Made by a program: the position numbers and the translations under genes. Shown here in pieces: positions 15,692 to 20,000 of a stretch of DNA of 20,000 nt. Each line of letters opens with the position of its first letter. Position 1 is the first letter of the stretch. The notes under the pieces are model-generated. The model saw nothing but the letters and a program-made list of their open reading frames with translations. It had not been told where the DNA came from and made no database searches. This DNA comes from an uncultured virus (IMG/VR IMGVR_UViG_3300021400_000864) (lineage: Duplodnaviria > Heunggongvirae > Uroviricota > Caudoviricetes), in IMG/VR virus record IMGVR_UViG_3300021400_000864, positions 55,125-75,124 of that record; one strand, given 5' to 3'.

Positions 15692-15746
15692 TAGTTGTTT
15701 TCTACTAACTACATGGTAGCACAAGCACACAAGATATGCAACAGGA
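15692..15746 (-). promoter_or_regulatory. 55-bp cassette repeat, copy 9
   Basis: TCCTG-TTGCAT-N17-TACCAT-GTAGTTAGTAGAAAACAACTA; 15-bp inverted repeat 15678-15692/15724-15738. Confidence 0.85.
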
Positions 15747-15748
15747 AC

Positions 15749-15811
15749 TTATCTAAAGTTAGCTCCACCAAGAGACATTAGTATCATTGCAATCACTACA
15801 ATCCACAGCAT
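15749..15811 (-). CDS. 20-aa hydrophobic peptide (not in ORF track)
   Basis: MLWIVVIAMILMSLGGANFR; RBS GAAAGGAG, TGATG coupling, stop 2 nt from repeat copy 9. Confidence 0.65.
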   Translation of the reverse strand: MLWIVVIAMILMSLGGANFR

Positions 15812-15996
15812 CACTTGGTCTCCTTTCTCAGCACATTCAGTCTCCATATAATAAGATTCTGTACATCTGTATAGGCTTCAAGTTTGCCTACAAGATAATC
15901 GTACTCCTTACTTCCCTTTGGAGTATGTACCATCTGCCCTATAATCTCTTCTACCTGACTTGATACTGCTGATAATGCCATCTCTAATTCCTTCAT
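15811..15996 (-). CDS. hypothetical protein (61 aa)
   Basis: RBS GAGGAG; starts 1 nt after the upstream stop. Confidence 0.7.
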   Translation of the reverse strand: MKELEMALSAVSSQVEEIIGQMVHTPKGSKEYDYLVGKLEAYTDVQNLIIWRLNVLRKETK

Positions 15997-15997
15997 C

Positions 15998-16354
15998 TTA
16001 TAATTCTCCTCTCATATCTTTATAGATTTTAAATAGTTCCACTGAAATCTTGGCTTTTGTGAGTTTATTGTCCTCTATAAGCTGCCTTATCTGCTCTATT
16101 CGCTCTGCGGTCTCCTCTACAAAATTATGCCAGCTCTCATTTGACTGTTCAAGATTATGGAAATCAGAATTAAACTTCTGTTGGGCGATATTCTCCTCTA
16201 CATTTATTTCCAATATTCTCTCTGCCACATAATCATGTACATCTTCACCCATATCCTGATAAATCTCTTCTAAAACATCATAATCACTAAGGGGCGTAAA
16301 TGTACGCCCCGATTTAGTTGTCATAGTATGGAAATCCCTAAAATCACTCATCAT
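15998..16354 (-). CDS. hypothetical acidic, coiled-coil protein
   Basis: 118 aa, RBS AAGGAG. Confidence 0.75.
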   Translation of the reverse strand: MMSDFRDFHTMTTKSGRTFTPLSDYDVLEEIYQDMGEDVHDYVAERILEINVEENIAQQKFNSDFHNLEQSNESWHNFVEETAERIEQIRQLIEDNKLTKAKISVELFKIYKDMRGEL

Positions 16355-16535
16355 ATACTCTCCTTACATTTTCTCTCACAGCTTTAGCGGCATAGAGCTG
16401 AGACTGCATATCAAGTCGTATTTCAGGAAGACAATCTTCTTCAAGGCAGTCCTCTATATGTCGGATATACTTGTCTAACTCCTTAGCTAATACTTCTGAA
16501 TTTGGCATTACATTATAGTATTCATCATGTGGCAT
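16344..16535 (-). CDS. hypothetical protein (63 aa)
   Basis: RBS GAAAGGAG after repeat copy 10. Confidence 0.75.
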   Translation of the reverse strand: MPHDEYYNVMPNSEVLAKELDKYIRHIEDCLEEDCLPEIRLDMQSQLYAAKAVRENVRRVYDE

Positions 16536-16560
16536 AACATATCTCCTTTCAAAATATGTT

Positions 16561-16615
16561 TAGTTGTTTCTTACTAATTCTATGGTAGCACATGACTGCT
16601 ACCATAGCAAGTGGA
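16561..16615 (-). promoter_or_regulatory. 55-bp cassette repeat, copy 10
   Basis: TCCAC-TTGCTA-N17-TACCAT-AGAATTAGTAAGAAACAACTA; 11-bp hairpin at 16580-16607. Confidence 0.85.
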
Positions 16616-16617
16616 AC

Positions 16618-16908
16618 TTAATCTGTTGTCTCCAGATAATATCTCAGCTCATCACCTTTAAGATGGTTGCAGGCATACTCATGTGCTTCATAGTAAAGGT
16701 CTGAATACAGCTCACTCAGCTCCTGATTGCCCATATCATACCAATACCAGCATGAATGATTGAGAACCATTACCAAATCTGTGAGATACTTGTACTCCTT
16801 CTTCCACTCTTTAAACGCTCTCTTATAGGTATCTTTGATTGCGCTGACGCCAAAGGCGTCAGCTATTCTGAAATCTGTCCAAAATGTTGTGGTAAACTGT
16901 TCTGCTAT
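16618..16908 (-). CDS. 96-aa protein with an apparent ATA start (not in ORF track)
   Basis: Open frame (M)AEQFTTTFWTDFRIADAFGVSAIKDTYKRAFKEWKK...YYLETTD fills the gap exactly; RBS GAGGAGG; TAATA overlap with the upstream stop. Confidence 0.7.
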   Translation of the reverse strand: MAEQFTTTFWTDFRIADAFGVSAIKDTYKRAFKEWKKEYKYLTDLVMVLNHSCWYWYDMGNQELSELYSDLYYEAHEYACNHLKGDELRYYLETTD

Positions 16909-17132
16909 TATACATATACCTCCTCTTCATCTTCTTCAGGCTCATCAAAAATGTGCTGACACTCAGAACACATACCAGTTTTCAGAAACTCCCTCTTGTC
17001 TGCATCAAGGGGAATATCTTGAATATATCCGTATCCTGCTAAATATCTCTGATACAGTTTGTTCACCTCTTCTGTAATCTCCAGAGATGACTTCTTACCA
17101 CACAGCATACAATTCTTTGTAATCTTTACCAT
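16908..17132 (-). CDS. small Zn-binding protein (74 aa)
   Basis: CMLC...REFLKTGMCSEC, acidic tail; RBS AAAGGAG. Confidence 0.8.
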   Translation of the reverse strand: MVKITKNCMLCGKKSSLEITEEVNKLYQRYLAGYGYIQDIPLDADKREFLKTGMCSECQHIFDEPEEDEEEVYV

Positions 17133-17148
17133 AGCCTTTACTCCTTTC

Positions 17149-17337
17149 TCAAATCAATTCTTCAATGTAATCCATTTCTAGCCCGTACTCTGCTGACATC
17201 ATATCCTCTACATCATCGTATGATGCCCCATCTTCAATCATTTCCCATATAGCTTGTCTTGCCTCAGCTCTAGCTCTCTTAGCCTCATCTACTGTCATGT
17301 GGTCACGATTGATTAGTACCCTTTCAAAATCTGTCAT
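17149..17337 (-). CDS. hypothetical acidic protein (62 aa)
   Basis: First gene after repeat copy 11; RBS GAAAGGAG. Confidence 0.8.
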   Translation of the reverse strand: MTDFERVLINRDHMTVDEAKRARAEARQAIWEMIEDGASYDDVEDMMSAEYGLEMDYIEELI

Positions 17338-17358
17338 AATAAACTCCTTTCAATATGC

Positions 17359-17413
17359 TTGTTGTTTGCTACTAAGTACATGATATATCGGGCATAACTA
17401 CTTTGCAACTGGA
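17359..17413 (-). promoter_or_regulatory. 55-bp cassette repeat, copy 11
   Basis: TCCAG-TTGCAA-N17-TATCAT-GTACTTAGTAGCAAACAACAA. Confidence 0.85.
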
Positions 17414-17418
17414 ACAAT

Positions 17419-17454
17419 AAAAAAATCGACTAGGCAAATAGTCTAGTCGATTTT
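17419..17454 (-). terminator. intrinsic, possibly bidirectional, terminator closing the replication operon
   Basis: AAAATCGACTAG / CTAGTCGATTTT stem with a U7 tract on the minus strand. Confidence 0.8.
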
Positions 17455-17478
17455 CTTCATATTATAAGTAGAAACAAC

Positions 17479-17793
17479 TCAATCCTGTAATTCATCTACT
17501 CCATATCTAGCTTGTCTTAACTGTCTTTTCCAGAATGATGATTTCCTTTTCATATCCGGATTATTGCATCTATCCTCTGCCCATGACTGGTCTTTCACAA
17601 GTGTCTCCCTAACAAAAAATGTATGACCTAGCATACATTTATATAATTGTAGAGTCTCATCGGGCAACCTTAATGGCTTAAACTCTTGCTCACTTATAGG
17701 ATAGCCTAACTCATCACAAAATGGACACATATAAGGGTACACTACCTTTAATGGACGCTTTTTTAGTTTGGCAATAAAAACTTTATCTTTCAT
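17479..17793 (-). CDS. hypothetical Zn-ribbon-like protein (104 aa)
   Basis: CPFC...CMLGH motif; RBS GAGGTG. Confidence 0.7.
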   Translation of the reverse strand: MKDKVFIAKLKKRPLKVVYPYMCPFCDELGYPISEQEFKPLRLPDETLQLYKCMLGHTFFVRETLVKDQSWAEDRCNNPDMKRKSSFWKRQLRQARYGVDELQD

Positions 17794-17802
17794 ATATCAC
17801 CT

Positions 17803-17976
17803 CTATATTAATGGTTTGGTATTCTGCTCATTCTGCCATTTTCTATAACATACTGGACCCATACCAAGTTTTCTGCTCTCTTCGCTTCTCAATTTTCTAC
17901 CACATCTAAAACAGAGGGGATGTTGGTTTTTTAGGAACGATTGGCTTTTCTCTTCCATCTCCAAAGCTGACTTCAT
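17803..17976 (-). CDS. DUF6011-like small Zn-finger protein
   Basis: CFRCGRKLRSEESRKLGMGPVC motif; probable start ATG at 17974-17976 after AAAGGAG. Confidence 0.65.
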   Translation of the reverse strand: MKSALEMEEKSQSFLKNQHPLCFRCGRKLRSEESRKLGMGPVCYRKWQNEQNTKPLI

Positions 17977-18187
17977 ATTCAACTCCTTTCTTTTTAGCCC
18001 GGCATTTTCTCTGACGCTCTCTAATCCACTCATCAAAATAAGGCTTTACTTGCTCAGACGGTGCAACCTCTTCTCTAGTGTAGAACTTAAAGCCACACAC
18101 ATCACATTTTCTGTATCGGAGTGTGGCTTTTTGCTGATTGATTGTCTCTAATACAGATATTTCTCCATTACAACTAGGACATAACAT
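17906..18187 (-). CDS. NrdR N-terminal-like Zn-ribbon protein (no ATP-cone)
   Basis: MLCPSC...VLET...RYRKCDVCGFKFYTRE resembles NrdR MxCPxC...VxDSR...RRRxCxxCxxRFTTxE; RBS GAAAGGAG. Confidence 0.7.
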   Translation of the reverse strand: MLCPSCNGEISVLETINQQKATLRYRKCDVCGFKFYTREEVAPSEQVKPYFDEWIRERQRKCRAKKKGVEYEVSFGDGREKPIVPKKPTSPLF

Positions 18188-18203
18188 AACAATTCTCCTT
18201 TCT

Positions 18204-19124
18204 TTATATGACTCTAACTAAGAAATACTCCACTGACAAATCATCTGGAATAGTCCCTGTTTTGACTCCCTTTTCACACTCTCTCAATATGCTCAAGGCA
18301 TTAACTAGCTCCCCATTCGTATAATTGTTCTTGTACGCTATAACATTCTTTACTGCAAACCCGTTCAATCCTAAGCTCCTGGTGTCTTTTGCTGATTGTA
18401 CTTGTAGTAATGTCTTAATATTATTATAAAGCACTGAAATAATGACCAGGCTCGCTTCTCCGACTGCTTTGCAATCTTGCAACAGATTATATGCTTTAGA
18501 AGGTCTGCGCTCTAATACAGCGGCTACAAAATCGAATATTGCATCTTTGGGTTGGAAATATATCTGCTTCTGCTCTATAAGAGTATCAAATGCCCAATCT
18601 ACAGTTACTGCTTCTGCAATGGAGTAATTTCTTACTTTATCAATCTCTAAAAGTATTCTTCCATAATACCCATCACACGCCTCAATCAATTTCATGCACT
18701 GAGCATCACTCAGCATAGGGGCCTCATTCTTGATATATTTGACTAATATCCTATCTTCTAATCTGCTGAACTCGACAGCACGGTCTTTGTTATTCTTCCA
18801 AAATTTTAAACGCTTGTCTGCTGAGGTGTAATAAAAGACTACCACATCATCTTTTAGTCCCGTAAACTTCTCCCACATCTTCTCATTAGTGAGATATTCC
18901 TTATCATCTAATACTACATATAAATGGCGCTCTGGCACTAATGCTTTTGTCTTTGCTCCAGTCATTAAATCTAGGAGACTGTCAACATAGGTCAATCTCA
19001 TGTTGCCTTTTGTTGCCATCATTTTTAGATATATCTTCATAACGGCATGTTCTTCACCATAAAAGATGTAGGATTTTTGAAAGTTGCCTGTCTTTATCTG
19101 TTGTTTTACATCTGCGATTTCCAT
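18204..19124 (-). CDS. holA: DNA polymerase III delta (clamp-loader) subunit-like protein
   Basis: YIFYGEE N-terminus, LEIDKV, IFDFVAAV...AYNLL and C-terminal EKGVKTG are HolA hallmarks; 306 aa. Confidence 0.85.
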   Translation of the reverse strand: MEIADVKQQIKTGNFQKSYIFYGEEHAVMKIYLKMMATKGNMRLTYVDSLLDLMTGAKTKALVPERHLYVVLDDKEYLTNEKMWEKFTGLKDDVVVFYYTSADKRLKFWKNNKDRAVEFSRLEDRILVKYIKNEAPMLSDAQCMKLIEACDGYYGRILLEIDKVRNYSIAEAVTVDWAFDTLIEQKQIYFQPKDAIFDFVAAVLERRPSKAYNLLQDCKAVGEASLVIISVLYNNIKTLLQVQSAKDTRSLGLNGFAVKNVIAYKNNYTNGELVNALSILRECEKGVKTGTIPDDLSVEYFLVRVI

Positions 19125-19127
19125 ATA

Positions 19128-19868
19128 TTACACTAATTCCCTTCTAAGTATTTTACCGTATATGCCGTCAAATCTAGCTACCTTTCTTATTACAGACATA
19201 GCAACATTAAATTGTATAGAAAGCTCCTTTATTGACATTCCACTGTTCAATAAGGCATTTATCTCAAATACATCATCTATTTTTAATGCCGCCCTATTTA
19301 ATGCCTGTTTTTGTTTTGAACATTCGCTACGAACAGTGCCTAAATGAGCAATTCTATTAGATTCGGCTATTTTCTTTTTTGTTTCATCAGATAAAACTCT
19401 TCCTAAACAATTTTGTTTTCCTTTCATAGACATGCTCATTTTCTTACGGGTCTCTAATGACTTAGGCACTCCCTTCAACTTACTAGGTCTATTTTTTAAC
19501 CTCTCACTAGCCCGTCTATTTCTTGTGCCATAATTTACATTATATTCATAAGTACACCACTCAAGATTATCAACAGAATTATTTTCCTTATTCTCATCTT
19601 TATGATTAACACAAGGAAGATTATCAGTATTTGGTATAAATGCCTGTGCAACAAGCCGATGCACTTTTAATAATTTTTTATCATTATTTTTTGATACCGT
19701 GACAGAATAATATCCTCTATCAATTTTTTGAGATAATATTTTTGATTTTCTATGCACAACTCTGCCATCTGTATATTGTATCGTTCTATCAATGCTCCTC
19801 ACTCTACCTAGATTACTAACTTCATAATAATCATCATATCCTACAACTTTTCTCCATTGCTCTTTCAT
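19128..19868 (-). CDS. NUMOD4-HNH homing endonuclease with NUMOD3-like repeats
   Basis: WRKVVGYDDYYEVSNLGRVRS (NUMOD4); VHRLVAQAFIPN...VNHKDENKENNSVDNLEW (HNH); SLETRKKMS and SDETKKKIAES (NUMOD3-like). Confidence 0.92.
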   Translation of the reverse strand: MKEQWRKVVGYDDYYEVSNLGRVRSIDRTIQYTDGRVVHRKSKILSQKIDRGYYSVTVSKNNDKKLLKVHRLVAQAFIPNTDNLPCVNHKDENKENNSVDNLEWCTYEYNVNYGTRNRRASERLKNRPSKLKGVPKSLETRKKMSMSMKGKQNCLGRVLSDETKKKIAESNRIAHLGTVRSECSKQKQALNRAALKIDDVFEINALLNSGMSIKELSIQFNVAMSVIRKVARFDGIYGKILRRELV

Positions 19869-19907
19869 ATTATCTCCTTTATGATATTTAATATTTTTTT
19901 TTCATAC

Positions 19908-19936
19908 ATTATATCATAAAGTAGTACCAAATTCTA
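19908..19936 (-). promoter_or_regulatory. extended -10 promoter for the HNH gene
   Basis: Minus TAGAAT-N14-TGA-TATAAT. Confidence 0.5.
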
Positions 19937-20000
19937 CTTAAATATTTTACGAATAGATAAGTACATATTATCCATCAGCATCATTTTATTTATACCCTTG
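19934..20000 (-). CDS. 3' end of an upstream gene, possibly a delta-prime-like clamp-loader subunit
   Basis: Reads ...KGINKMMLMDNMYLSIRKIFK*; assignment rests on resemblance to clamp-loader C-termini and adjacency to holA. Confidence 0.4.
   Translation of the reverse strand, partial: KGINKMMLMDNMYLSIRKIFK

Noticed and set aside
10442..17413. CRISPR array interpretation of the GTTG...CAAC-bounded repeats
   Set aside because: Intervals are ~200-1060 bp and contain intact genes, the repeat centre is variable, and no cas genes are present.
10442..17413. Classical integron attC sites
   Set aside because: Order is GTT...AAC rather than RYYYAAC...GTTRRRY, the element has promoter geometry, and no IntI is present. 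Only a functional analogy is kept.
1178..19347. Plus-strand ORFs in the track (e.g. 1178, 1423, 5098, 11349, 15198, 16756, 19084)
   Set aside because: Antisense shadows of well-supported minus-strand genes, without convincing RBS or protein-like composition.

Overview
Segment of a tailed dsDNA phage genome with essentially all genes on the minus strand. The host is probably a low-GC Gram-positive (Bacillota), inferred from strong GAAAGGAG ribosome-binding sites and Bacillota-type regulator motifs. In transcription order (right to left): (1) the end of a replication module, with a probable clamp-loader subunit C-terminus, a NUMOD4-HNH homing endonuclease, a Pol III delta/HolA-like gene and small Zn-binding proteins; (2) a ~7.5 kb array (9.9-17.4 kb) of ~30 tiny, often acidic or Cys-rich ORFs, split into cassettes by 11 copies of a 55-bp element made of a sigmaA-like promoter, a conserved downstream box and, in most copies, a copy-specific or co-varying inverted repeat; (3) a ~1.3 kb non-coding, repeat- and palindrome-rich region (8.6-9.9 kb); (4) a three-gene island bracketed by motifs matching host regulators: a CodY-like box and tandem NrdR-like boxes on one side, a perfect parS and a perfect LexA box on the other; (5) the packaging and head module: terS, terL, portal, scaffold with a long structured leader, major capsid, head-tail adaptor, a degenerate GIY-YIG protein and the start of a probable head-closure gene. 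Several short genes absent from the ORF track were translated by hand. All family assignments come from motif recognition; no database search was run.
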